The position numbers were made by a program, and so were the translations under genes. The notes below the pieces were generated by a model. It worked only from the letters and a program-made list of their open reading frames with translations, had not been told where the DNA came from and did no database searches. From Mycoplasma mobile 163K (lineage in GTDB: Bacteria > Bacillota_I > Bacilli_A > Mycoplasmatales > Metamycoplasmataceae), in contig NC_006908.1 in assembly GCF_000008365.1 (NCBI RefSeq), positions 600,001 to 632,000 on the forward strand: 32,000 nt of DNA. The letters are read 5' to 3'. Shown piece by piece: positions 1 to 11,488 of the stretch (within the stretch, counting starts at the first letter, position 1; the number at the start of each line of letters is the position of its first letter).

Positions 1-787
1 AGGCATCTAATATTAATAAAACAAGATTTGATTCTTCAATTGTTTTGAAGGCTCTATTCAAAATATAAAAATCAATATCATCTGCCATTCTTGATTTTTT
101 TATAATTCCAGCTGTATCAATAATTTTCAATTTTTCATCTTTATAATAAAATGATTCACTAATTGGATCATGTGTTGTTCCTGGAATTGGAGATACAATA
201 CTTCTTTCTTCATCAAGAATTGTATTTAAAAGAGAGCTTTTTCCTGCATTTGGTTTCCCAATAATTGCAATTTTAAAATCTTTATCTTCAATATTTTCAT
301 CTTTAGGAAAGGTTTTTGTACATGCTTCTAGTAAGTCTCCAATACCTTCTCCATGTAAGGCACTAATTTTAAAGATTTTATCAAAGCCAAGTTTATATAA
401 GGAATGATCAAATTCATGATTGTCTTCTAATTTATTTGCAACAAAAAATATTTGCTTATTTGATTTTCTTAAAATATCAACAATTAAATAATCATCTTTA
501 CTTAATTCAGATCTTCCTTCTACAACAAAAATAATTACATCAGCTTCTTCAATTGCAATCATTGCTTGAATTTTAATTTGTTTTTGAAAAGGCACATCTT
601 CTATTTGGATCCCACCTGTATCAACAACTTCAAAAGTTTTTCCATCTCAAGTAGCTTTTTCATATAATCTATCTCTTGTTACACCTGGTATATCTGCAAC
701 AACAGCTTGTCTTTTTCCAATTATTCTATTAAAAATTGTGCTTTTTCCCACATTTGGTTTTCCAACAATGGCAATTAATTTACTCAT
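1..787 (-). CDS. der: Ribosome-associated GTPase Der/EngA, N-terminal ~262 aa (gene continues beyond the window start)
   Basis: Reverse translation from ATG 787-785 gives [59 protein letters not shown] (G1 GKPNVGKS, G3 DTGG). A second GTPase domain follows ([17 protein letters not shown]). One in-frame TGA is read as Trp. The start overlaps the cmk stop (ATGAGTAA). Confidence 0.9.
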
Positions 788-1952
788 TTTTCAATTCCTC
801 TTCTTTGACTTTTGCCAAATCATAAATTTTTTGGACAACTTCTTCTATTGTCATACTAGAGGTATCAATTTCTATTGAATCTTCTGTTTTTTGTAATGGA
901 TCAATTTCTCTAGTTGAATCAACATAATCTCGATCTTCCATTTCGGATAAAATTTTTGTATAAGTTATTGTGGAATTAGTGTTTTTTAATTCATCAAATC
1001 TTCTTTTAGCTCTTACTTCTTTACTTGCTGTAAGAAAAATTTTCAACTCAGCATTAGGTAAAACTTTAAAAGTAATATCTCTACCTTCCATAATAATACC
1101 TTTTTTTGCAGCTAATTTTTGTTGATATTCAACAAGAAGAGATCTAATTTTCTGTAACTTTGCAATTTTAGAAGCAATTTTAGCTATTTCATTGTCATTT
1201 AAAAATGATGCAACATTTTTTTTATTTAAAAGAATTTCATCTTCACTAAAATATTCTATCATATCATCAGACCAAAGATTAGCCACTTGATCTTCAACAT
1301 TTGGATTATTTTCAAAATTAATTCCATTTTCCATGACATTTAAAGCATAAGCACGATACATTTTTCCTGTGCCAATGAAAGTATAATTTAATTTTTTTGA
1401 TAAAAGTTTTGAAATAGAAGATTTTCCAACTCCAGAAGGACCATCAATTGCAATATTAATTTTTGTTGGCGATTTTGAAGATAGATTTGCATCTTCAACA
1501 AGTTCAATTTTTTGAACAGACACTTTTACAATGTCATTTTTATTTATATTTTTTGAATTTTCTTGCTCTTCTCATTTCGAAATAAAATCATCAATATATT
1601 TATTAGAAGATAATTTTTTGATGAAAGATTCGGTCTTATCTTCATAATTAGTTTCAATATTTTTTTTAATTTCTTGAATATGAAAATCGATTTTTTTAGA
1701 ATCATATAAATTTACAGTTTTTATTTTTTCCTCTTTTAAAGGACTAAAAAAAGAATTGGATTTTAAATATGTTGAAAGTGATTCTGATATTTTAGGACTT
1801 TTTGTTAGAATTCCTAAAAGTTTTAAATTATTAGAATTGTCATATTGATTTAAAACTAAATTAATAATGTTTGTGAATTCTTGATTATTTTCATTTTTAT
1901 TTTCAAAATAAGTAGGTATTTTTTTTACTATACCTTTTTTTGTATTTGCCAT
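780..1952 (-). CDS. cmk: Cytidylate kinase; continuous 390-aa code-4 ORF whose C-terminal ~225 aa is the Cmk domain, with a ~165-aa N-terminal extension of unknown function (alternative internal GTG start at 1523)
   Basis: Track ORFs 780..1523 and 1572..1952 share a frame and are separated only by TGA (1572-1574), with no TAA/TAG between. Cmk hallmarks: [20 protein letters not shown] (P-loop) and [11 protein letters not shown]. There is no ATG between 1952 and the P-loop; the only alternative start is GTG 1523. Confidence 0.8.
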
Positions 1953-1972
1953 ATTTTATTATTATAAATAAA

Positions 1973-3094
1973 TTATTCAAATTCTTTTATTCATTTTTCA
2001 TAAAATTTGTCAGCATTTTTTTCTAAAATTGTGCTAATTTCTTTTTTTTCAAAAGAAGTTAGTTTAGGAATGAATATTTCAAAGATGACAATCATCTTCC
2101 CACTTTCGTACTTTGTAATAATTCCTTTATTTTTTATTATTAATTCATCACCTGTTTTTATATTAGGGTCAATTTTTATAATTTCAAATCCATATGGTGT
2201 TGGAACTTCAACTTTTTCTGATCCTATAACACTTTTAATTGAAACTGGAAGCCTTAAAATAATATCATTATTTTTTCTAACAAAATGTTTATGTGGAGAA
2301 ACTTTAATAGAAAGAATTAAATTTCCATTTGAACCACCATTTAGTCCTGCATTACCATAATTTTCAACTCTTAAAGTTTGTCCATTTTGAATTCCAGCAG
2401 GAATTTTTATTGTAATGTTTTTTGTAGTTTTTGTGTGTGTTTTACCTTTACAAATTAAACACTTCTCAACAATTTCTTTTCCTATTCCATTACATTTTGA
2501 ACAAATAACATTTTGTTGCATTTGCCCCAAAAAAGTTTTGGTAATTTTTATTTGTTCACCCATTCCACTACATTGAGTACAGGTTATTATATCGCTTTGA
2601 GACTTTGCTCCTGATCCATTACATGTATTACATGTTTCAAATTTTTCTAATGGTTCAACAATTTCTTTTCCTAAAACAGAATCAATAAAAGAAATTTTTA
2701 TTACAGCATGACGATCTTCTCCTCTTTGGGCCCTATTAGGATTAGCCCTTTGCGAGTTTCCAAATCCTCCAAAAAAATCAGTAAAAATGCTTCCAAAACC
2801 ACTAAAGTCAGAAAATCCAGAAAATCCTTCAGCATTTGTAAATGGATTTTGACCACCAAATCCTCCAGCATTAGGATCAAATGCAGCATGACCAAATTGA
2901 TTATACTGCTCTCTTTTGACATCATCATTTAAAATTTCATATGCTTCTGTAATTTCTTTAAATTTTTCTTCAGCATTTGTTTCTTTATTAACATCTGGGT
3001 GATATGTTTTTGCTAAAGTTCTATAAGCTTTTTTAATTTCATCTTTTGAGGCACTCTTAGTAAGACCTAAAATTTCATAATAATCTTTTTTCAT
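1973..3094 (-). CDS. dnaJ: Molecular chaperone DnaJ (373 aa)
   Basis: J domain DYYEILGL...YHPDVN, G/F-rich linker, and four zinc-finger repeats ([32 protein letters not shown]). The track ORF ends at TGA 1991-1993. Read as Trp, the frame continues WIKEFE to TAA 1973-1975. Confidence 0.95.
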
Positions 3095-3104
3095 ATTTAA
3101 AATT

Positions 3105-3131
3105 TTAGCACAAATATATTATGAGTGCTAA
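3105..3131 (-). promoter_or_regulatory. CIRCE (HrcA operator) inverted repeat upstream of dnaJ
   Basis: On the gene strand: TTAGCACTC-ATAATATAT-TTGTGCTAA, versus consensus TTAGCACTC-N9-GAGTGCTAA. The left half matches 9/9, the right half 7/9, and the spacer is 9 nt. It ends 10 nt upstream of the dnaJ ATG. Confidence 0.8.
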
Positions 3132-3140
3132 AAAACAATA

Positions 3141-3164
3141 AAAAAACCCATTTAAGGGTTTTTT
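3141..3164. terminator. Bidirectional intrinsic-terminator-like hairpin (AAAAAACCC-loop-GGGTTTTTT)
   Basis: A 9-bp stem with a 6-nt loop; the A-run and T-run arms read alike on both strands. It lies 12 nt downstream of the stop (3176) of the minus-strand gene 3176..3616 and upstream of the dnaJ CIRCE. Confidence 0.55.
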
Positions 3165-3175
3165 ATTGAATTGAC

Positions 3176-3616
3176 TTATTTTAGTAAGTTATCTAATTCA
3201 TTGTAAATTCATTTTTTACGTCTTTCATAATACTCTTCAGCATTAATTAAACGATCATTAAACATTTTTTCTAAAGCATCTAATTTTTCTTCAAGTTTTG
3301 TTTTTTCTCTTACAGGAACATTATAAAATTGTTGTGTTTGTGATAAATTTTGAGCTGGAACATAATTATGTCTGCTAAAAAATGCTTGAGTTGATGTCTG
3401 ATTTTGATCTTGGTAAGACACTGGGTAAGCAACTGGTAATTGTTGTCTAAAATTAATTTGTTGTGGCTGTGGTCTTACAGGTTGTGGGGCTTGTGGGTAA
3501 AAAGCTTGTGTGTTTTGTTGTGGATAACCAAATTGATGTGTTTGAGTATTTTGTAGCCCATTAACATTTCCATTATAAAATGAATTTTGATTGTATGGAT
3601 CATATTTTTTGTTCAT
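3176..3616 (-). CDS. Hypothetical Q/P/N-rich low-complexity protein with a SHOCT-like C-terminal helix (146 aa)
   Basis: Track ORF 3209..3616, extended through TGA 3209-3211 (WIYNELDNLLK) to TAA 3176-3178. The C-terminal LEEKLDALEKMFNDRLINAEEYYERRKK resembles the SHOCT short C-terminal domain. The rest is Gln/Pro-rich. Confidence 0.6.
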
Positions 3617-3762
3617 TTTTTCCTTTCGGTTGTCAACACTATCAATGTGTCTAGACCAATTTATTTTTTTATGTACATAATAAATATACCATTTTTTTTG
3701 ATTTTTTATTAAGTTTTGTAATTTTCAATTTTTTTAAAATCAATATAATAAAATTATCATAT

Positions 3763-3838
3763 GCCATCTTAGCTCAGTCGGTAGAGCGCATCCATGGTAA
3801 GGATGAGGTCGCAGGTTCGATTCCTGTAGGTGGCACCA
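3763..3838 (+). tRNA. tRNA-Thr (anticodon GGU), 76 nt with encoded CCA
   Basis: Hand-folded cloverleaf. Acceptor GCCATCT/AGGTGGC (one G-U), D arm GCTC-AGTCGGTA-GAGC, anticodon arm CATCC-ATGGTAA-GGATG (anticodon GGT), 5-nt variable loop, T arm GCAGG-TTCGATT-CCTGT, discriminator A plus CCA. Confidence 0.93.
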
Positions 3839-3916
3839 TATGTTGAATCGCCTTAAATATAAACTATAAAAATGCTTGTGATATTTTTTAATTTGAAAAT
3901 AATTTATAATAATTAA

Positions 3917-6865
3917 ATGGAAAAGCTTATTAACTTACATACAAATAGTGAGTATTCAATTTTAGAATCTGCTATTTCACTAGAGCATCTTATATCTTAT
4001 GCAAAACACAATCAACTTAAATATCTTTCTTTAACAGATCATAATACAATGTTTGGTGTTCCTGAGTTTTATGAATTATGTAAGAAAAATAGCATCAAGC
4101 CAATTATTGGTCTAGATTTAGATGTTGAAAATTATAGATTAGTTTTGATTGCAAAAAATTATCAAGGATATTTAGAACTTATAAAATTGAGTTCTAAGAA
4201 AATGTTGAATGAAAATGTTGAATTAAATCATATTGATTCTACTAATTTATTTATTATTGATCATCCAACAAAAGGATCTTTTTCAAAATTTGGACAATCA
4301 ATAGAAATAAAAAACTATTACATTAATAGTCTAGATCCAAAACATAAAAATGCTATTTTTACTAAAGAAATAAGAATTCTTGAAAAAGAAGATAATGAAA
4401 TTTTAAAAACTTTTAATCAAATTGCAAATAATGAAGAAGAAGAATTTACTTTACCTGAATATGAAATAAATGAAAAATTACCACAAAATGTTTTAAACAA
4501 TATTTTTTATATTATTGAAAATTCAAATGTGGAATTTCCAAAAGAATATCAAAATTATTTACCTCAATATGATCTAAAAATTGATTCTAGTATTGTATTA
4601 AAAGAAATTGTTTATAAGAATTTTTTAGAAAAAATTAAAAAATTTGAAAAATACCAAAATGTAAAAGAAAGAATTAATTATGAATTAAATGTAATTAATT
4701 CTTTGAAATTTGCAGATTATTTTTTAATTATTTATGATATTGTAAAATTTGCTAAGGAAAATAAAATTTCAGTAGGACCGGGAAGGGGTTCGGCTGCAGG
4801 TTCAATTGTTTCTTATTTATTAAATATCACATCAATCAATCCACTAAAATATGATTTACTTTTCGAAAGATTTTTAAATCCTGAAAGAATTACAATGCCT
4901 GATATTGATATTGATTTTCAAGATGATAGAAGAGATGAAATTGTTGAATATGTTACTAAAAAATATGGTCACCAAAAAGTTGCTTTAATTACAACATTTC
5001 AAAGATTCGGGGCTAAAATGGCTTTAAGAGATGTTGGAAGAAATTTAAATTTTACTCAAGTAGATATGAATAATATTTCTAAATTAGTTAAATTGAATCA
5101 AAATTTAGATGAAGCTTATAGAACAACTAAATTTAAAGCTCAAATGCTAGCTTCTCCTAAACATGAATTGTTATATAAAAATGCAAGGAAAATAGAAAAT
5201 TTCCCAAGACAAGTTGGAACTCATGCTGCTGGTATTATTATTTCTAATAAAAATTTAATTGAAATAATTCCAATTATGCAAAGTAGTGTTTCAAATATCC
5301 AAACTCAATATTCAATGAATTATTTAGAAAATTTTAGTTTATTAAAAATTGATCTTTTAGGTTTAAAAGCTTTAAGCACAATTAAATTAATAGAACAAAA
5401 AATAAGAGAAGCATATAAAATAAAATACAATTTTTCAAATGAAGATGAATATACTGAACAATTAAAAAAAGATTTAGATCCAAAAAAAGCTTTTCAATTA
5501 CTATCAGATGGAAATACTGCTGGAGTTTTTCAATTAGAATCTCCGGGTATGATCCAAACAATTAAAAAAGTCAAAATTAGTAAATTCAGTGATATTGTTG
5601 ACGTAATTTCTTTATATAGACCCGGACCTATGCAATATATTCAAGAATACATAGATAATAAAAATGATGCTTCAAAAATCAAACATGTTGAAAAACTTTA
5701 TGATGAAATAGTTTCTAAAACACATGGAATTATTATTTATCAAGAACAAATTTTAGAAATTGTACAAAAATATGCGGGACTGTCATATGCAAAAGCAGAC
5801 ATTTTAAGAAGAGCAATTAGCAAGAAAAATTCCGAAGAGATTGAAAAATTTAAGGATCTTTTTATTAGTTCTTCGATCCAACATGGTCAAAGCGAAAAAG
5901 TAGCTAATGAGATTTTTAGTAAAATTGAAAATTTTGCTCAATATGGTTTTAATAAAAGCCATGCTGTTTCTTATGCTACAACAACATTTTATTTTGCACA
6001 ATTGAAGGCTAATTTTCCACTTGAGTTTTATACTGTTTTAATTTCCTCATCAGATTCTTTAGAAACAATTAATAAATATGTTATTGAAGCAAAAAATAAT
6101 TTATATACTGTTGAAAGTCCAGACATTAATGTTTCCGATTTTAAAGCTTTTAGTGATTTTGAAAAAATATTTTTACCTTTGATTATGATTAAAGGTCTAG
6201 GAAAAGTTGCAATACAAAAAATTCTAGATGAGAGAAATCAAAATGGAAAATATAGTTCTTTTTTTACTCTTGTAGCAAGATTAAATTTTGTTGGAATAAC
6301 TAAAGGTATTTTGGAAAAACTAATACTATCAAATGCGCTAAGAAATTTTGGATCAATGCAAACTCTTTTGGCAAATTTAACCCAAGCTTATGCTTATGCA
6401 GAAACAGTTCTTTTTAAAGATGAAAACGGAATTGAAAAAATTAATTTTGGACTTTCAAAAGAACATACAATTGTCGAAGACAAAAGAGATTTGTCTTTTG
6501 AAGCGAAAAATGAATCAGAATATTTAGGAATGGTTTTTAATGCTTTTCCAACATTAAAATATGAAACAAAAAATACACTAAATAATTTGATTTTGAATAT
6601 TGAATATAATGTTGCAATCATTGTGGATAAAATTTTCATTTCAAGAACTAAGAGTAAAAACAAGGAATATATAAAATTAATTTTTAGTGATAGAACAAAA
6701 GTTGTTGAGACAGCAATTTTTAATGATATTGAAAAATACCGCGAGTTAAAAGATGGTGATATTTTAATTGCCAACATCATTATGAAAAAATATGATGGAT
6801 TAATTAGTTATTCATTAAGGCCTAATTGAAGAATAATTAACAACTCTAAAAAAGGAGAACAATAG
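3917..6865 (+). CDS. dnaE: DNA polymerase III alpha subunit, DnaE type (982 aa)
   Basis: N-terminal PHP domain (LHTNSEYSILESA...LTDHNTMFG), the polymerase core motif GPGRGSAAGSIVSYLLNITSINP, MPDIDIDF, and FNKSHAVSYA. The track ORF ends at TGA 6827-6829 and continues WRIINNSKKGEQ to TAG 6863-6865. Confidence 0.95.
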
Positions 6866-6866
6866 C

Positions 6867-7754
6867 ATGAGTATGAATAAAATTTTATTAATTGATGGAA
6901 ATCTTTTAGCCTTTAAATCTTTTTTTGCAACAGCTTATATAGGTTCATCTTTACAAACTTCCACTGGGATTCCTACTAATGCTGTGCACACTTTTATTAA
7001 TACTATTTTTAAATTGTTAAAAGAACTAAATCCAACTCATATTTTTGTTGCTTTTGATAAACCTGGAAAAACTTTTAGACACGAATTTTTTGAAGAGTAT
7101 AAAAGCAAAAGACAATCTACTCCAGATAGTTTAAAAGTCCAATTCATTTATATCAAACGTGTTTTAAGTAAAATGAGAATTTGTTGATTTGAAGAAAGTT
7201 TAATTGAAGCTGATGATTTAATTGCAACTTGAGTTTCAAAAATTAACACTTCAAAAGATGAAGTAATTGTTTATTCTTCTGATAAAGACTTATTGCAATT
7301 AGTTGCAAAAAATGTCTCTGTAATTTCAAAATGAGATAAAAATGAATATGTAATTGATAATGAAAACAATTTTTTTGAAAGGCATTCAATTTTTCCTAAT
7401 CAAATCCCAGATTTCAAAGCTCTTGCTGGTGATGCAAGTGATAATTACTTAGGAATTAGCGGAATCGGACCTAAAACTGCAATTAATTTATTAAGTGAGT
7501 TTCAAATCATTGAAAATTTATATGAAAATTTAGCAAATATAAAAAGTAAAAAAGTAAAAGAAGTTTTGGAATTAGAAAAAGACAAGGCTTTTTTGTATAA
7601 AAAAATTGCTAAATTAAAAACAGATGTGAATCTGAATTTTAGTTTAGAAGACATTAAATTGAGCTATAAATTTCAAAAAGAAGCTATGGAAATTTTTGAA
7701 GAGTTAGAAATGAAAAACACATCAAGCAAATACTTGAATGTGTTTAATTTATAA
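6867..7754 (+). CDS. 5'-3' exonuclease (Pol I N-terminal/FEN-like domain only, 295 aa)
   Basis: Track ORFs 6867..7187 and 7566..7754 share a frame and are joined across three in-frame TGA codons. Motifs: ILLIDGNLLAFKSFFA, FDKPGKTFRHEFFEEYKSKR, EADDLIAT, SSDKDLLQL and GDASDNYLGISGIGPKTA (H3TH). An SD-like AAAGGAG lies at 6851-6857. Confidence 0.9.
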
Positions 7755-9915
7755 TCTTTGAAATCGATGCATGATTTTTCAAAAGTGTCTTAGGCTGTTT
7801 TTTATTTGTAAAAAGCACTGTAATTTGACCTAAAGATTCTTCAAGAACAATTCCTTCTCCGAAAACTTTATGGACAATTTTGTCCCCTACAAAGATATCA
7901 TCATTATTTGTTTGATAATCTTTCATTAAATCTACTTGCTTATTCAAAAGTACAGAATTCATATATTGTTCCATTGTTTTTTGATTTTCATTTTCAAGAA
8001 CAATTCCCATTTCTCCAATAAATCTTGAAGTTTTTTTCTGAGTTTTAAAATTACCAAATAAATATCCATCAGAATCTGTTAAGAATAACATTTTTTTAGC
8101 TCTTGTGATTGCTACATAAGCTAATCTTCTTTCTTCTTCAAGATTTGAATCATCGAAGTCATTTTCTAAAGCTTTTTTAGAAGGCAAAATTTCTTCTGAT
8201 AAACCCACAAGAAAAACATAACTAAACTCCAATCCTTTACAATTATGAATGTTCATTAATGAAACCGTGTTTTTATCATCTTCTTGACTAGCATTTGGAA
8301 CTAGAGAAATTTCTTCAAAATAATCTTGAAATGTTTTTTTAGGATTATTTCTAAATCAGTTTGAAATGATGATTAATAATTCTTTAACATTATCTACTTT
8401 TCCATTTTTAAAAGTATCTTCATTTGCTAAATAATCATAATATTTAATATCTGCAAAAAATTCATCAACAGAAACTTGCACATTATTTTCATTAATAATT
8501 TTTTGATACTTATTGATTTTAAAAATAAGATCAAAAAGTTTTTCTCTAATATTAGATGAAACTGGTAGATCTTCTAGATGATTGTTTATTGCTTGGAAAA
8601 TGCTCAAATTACTTTCATCACAATAGTCTAAAATTTTATTTCTATAAATGTTACCAATACTTCTCTGAGGAATATTTAAAATTCTTTGAAAAGCTAGATC
8701 TGAATCACTGACTAATAATTTTATATATGAAAGAGCATTTTTTATTTCGCTTCTTTCATAAAATTTTTCTCCACCATGAACTTGGTGATGAATACTTTCT
8801 CTTAAAAGAGCATCTTCAAAATTTTTAGAATAAAAATTTGCTCGATAAATAATACTAATTTCGCTTAATTTTGCTTTTTCGATAGAAATCAATCATTTTA
8901 TTTTATCAACAACTCATCTTGCTTCTAATTCGGGACTAAGTGCGTGGTGAAATATTACTTCTTGACCTTGTTTTGTATAAGCAACTAAATCTTTTTCTAA
9001 TCTTTTTTTGTTGAAATGAATTAAAGAATTAGCGTGTTTTAAAATTTTTTCTGTTGAACGGTAATTTAGATTTAAATTGATTGTTTTTGCATTTTCAAAA
9101 TCCTTATGAAAATCTAAAATTAAATTTACATTTGCTCCTCTTCATGAATAAATAGTTTGATCTGGATCTCCTACAATAGTTAAATTATGATTTTGAGCTA
9201 AAGTTTTAATTATTTCATATTGAATTGGTGATGTGTCTTGAAACTCATCAACAAGAATGTACTTAAATCTTCTTGATCATTTAAGTTTAATTTCTGGAAA
9301 TTTTTCAAATAATTCTTGAGTTTTCAAAAGTAAATCATTAAAATCTAATAAAGCTAATTTTTTTAATATTTCATTATATTCCAAATAAATTTTTAGTTTT
9401 ATTCTATCATCTTCAGAATTATCTTCGGTTTCTAAAACTTCAATTGGAGTTTTGTTTATTTTGTGAAAAGAAATATAATTTATCATTGAAGTTAAAGTTA
9501 TATCAATTTTATTAATGTCAAATTTTTCATAAATATTTTTTAAGATATCAAATTGATCAGCGACGTCTAAAATTGTAAAATTTTTAGGATATTTTAGAAC
9601 ATCAATATCTCTTCTTAAAATATAAACACATAAAGCATGAAAAGTGCTTATTAAAGGTTCACTTTCATGATTATCGACAAGAGTTTTAATTCTTTCTTTC
9701 ATTTCGTTTGCAGCTTTATTTGTAAAAGTAACAGCAAGGATTTGATATGGCTTAACATTCATTTTTTGAATTAAATAAGCAATTTTGTGTACTAAAACTC
9801 TTGTTTTTCCACTACCTGCTCCTGCAATAATTCTTAAAGGTGAATCATTAAAAACAACAGCTAGTTTTTGATCTTTGTTTAAAGAATCTAATAGATTTTT
9901 TTCTGACTTTTCCAT
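7744..9915 (-). CDS. pcrA: ATP-dependent DNA helicase PcrA/UvrD (SF1A), canonical paralog, 723 aa
   Basis: Track ORFs 7744..8256, 8356..8892 and 9277..9915 share one frame. I translated both gaps and found only TGA, no TAA/TAG. Motifs: AGAGSGKT, VTFTNKAANEM, ILVDEFQDTS, VGDPDQTIYSWRGA, NYRS, LMNIHNCKGLEF, RRLAYVAITRAK, and a C-terminal VHKVFGEG module. SD AAGGAG lies 5 nt before the ATG. Confidence 0.93.
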
Positions 9916-9924
9916 AAAGACTCC

Positions 9925-11481
9925 TTAATTTCAAGTGTAATAATATTTAAGTGAAATAGATTTTTTCTGTTTTTCATTAATGTTAAAATCAGGGTTTTCA
10001 TACACTAATACTATTCCTCTTTTTTTAGCGACGTTTGCTAAATCTAGTAATCCAAAAATATTTTCAGAAACTCCTAATTTAGTTGCAATTTTTTCACTTA
10101 TAAAAAGATATTTTGGATTTATCGTATTTATTAACGAAAAAAGTGCAGGATCGATTTCTTCTACATAAATTCCATATCTTACATCTTCTTTTTCTAACTC
10201 TGTGAAAATATTTGAAATTTCATTAAAATTTTTTATGTCTATTTTTTTCAAAATGAAAATGTTTCTATTTAATTTTAGTTTTTCATAATGTTTTACTAGT
10301 TGATAATCATTTAGAAAATAAAAAGTATTTTCAAATAAATTATTTTCTAAAAAGAATTTTTCAAAAAAAGCATCCAAAACAATATTTCTATTATTTTCAT
10401 TTAATAAAATTTCTGTCATTCCTTCTTCATTATTTAATTTTGGAACAATAATCTTTGATATTTCTGAATTTTTACTATTCATTTTTGAAATATTTAAATA
10501 TTTAAAACTTACTTTTTTATTTTGAACATCTAAATAAAAATCAAGAATATTTTTCTTAAATAAATTAAATTTAGAAAAATTAACATCTCTTAATTTAAAA
10601 CCAAAAATTTCTTTTGATCTAATTGATTCTGTAATGGAAAATTGTAATCTTCTTAAAACTTTGTTTATATCTTCTTCAGTTTTAATTGATTTAGCTTCAA
10701 CATATCCAAGGCCATGGAAAAAATAGTCAAGAAAAAAAACTCTTTTACCTTTTTTTTCATATAAATCTAAAAAAGCTCTTTCTTTTCTTTCTAATCTTTT
10801 TAATTTTGAAGATTCAAAAACAATCACAACAACTGATCTAGATTGAAACAAATAAAATTTTTGAAAATGCAACATTTTTACTAAAGATCTAATTAAGGAT
10901 TTTGAAAAATCAAGATGATTTTTTTCAACATTAAAACCAAAAAAAACAGCATATTTAAGATCTTTTTTTAATAATTCTTCTTTTGATGTAAAAACAATTG
11001 ATTTATTATGTTCTTTTTCGATTATTTTATAAGATAAAATGCAATGAATAGTACTTTCATCTTCATAAATTAATTTAAAATCTCCAAAAATATTTTGATT
11101 TTTATTAGTTGGAACAAAAATATTTTCAAGATTAACTTTTAAGTCGCTAATATTATTATTTATATTTAAATTGTTTAATTTTGTAATAAAAATTTCATCT
11201 TTATTTAATTTAAAAAAGTTTTCAAATTCTCTAATTGGAATTCAAAATCCACTTAAGATATTTCTTGGTAAAGGTAAGACAATGTCATGTCTTATTAAAG
11301 GAATTAAATCTACAAGTCTAATTCTTCTTTTTTCTCTATCAAAAACAAAAGATAAAACATTTCTACTGTGGTTTTCTAAATTTTTCTTTTTTTCAAAAAG
11401 TACAATAAAAGCAATAAGTAAACTTATTACAATTAAAATTGATATGCTTGCAAAAATAGAAATAAAAACAATACTTAGCAT
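9925..11481 (-). CDS. Hypothetical membrane-anchored protein (518 aa), one N-terminal TM helix; C-terminal region with weak, degenerate EAL/TIM-barrel-like pattern
   Basis: Track ORFs 9931..10875 and 11242..11481 share a frame. I translated 10876-11241 and found no stop apart from TGA 11242-11244. The 3' end extends through TGA 9931-9933 to TAA 9925-9927. The N-terminus MLSIVFISIFASISILIVISLLIAFIVL is a TM helix. Confidence 0.7.
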
Positions 11482-11488
11482 GTGGTCC

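Noticed and set aside
3763-3838. tRNA-Thr as an integration hotspot with an adjacent genomic island
   Set aside because: Both neighbours are ordinary (a SHOCT-tailed protein with its own terminator, and dnaE). There is no integrase, no partial tRNA 3'-end repeat downstream, and no accessory cargo.
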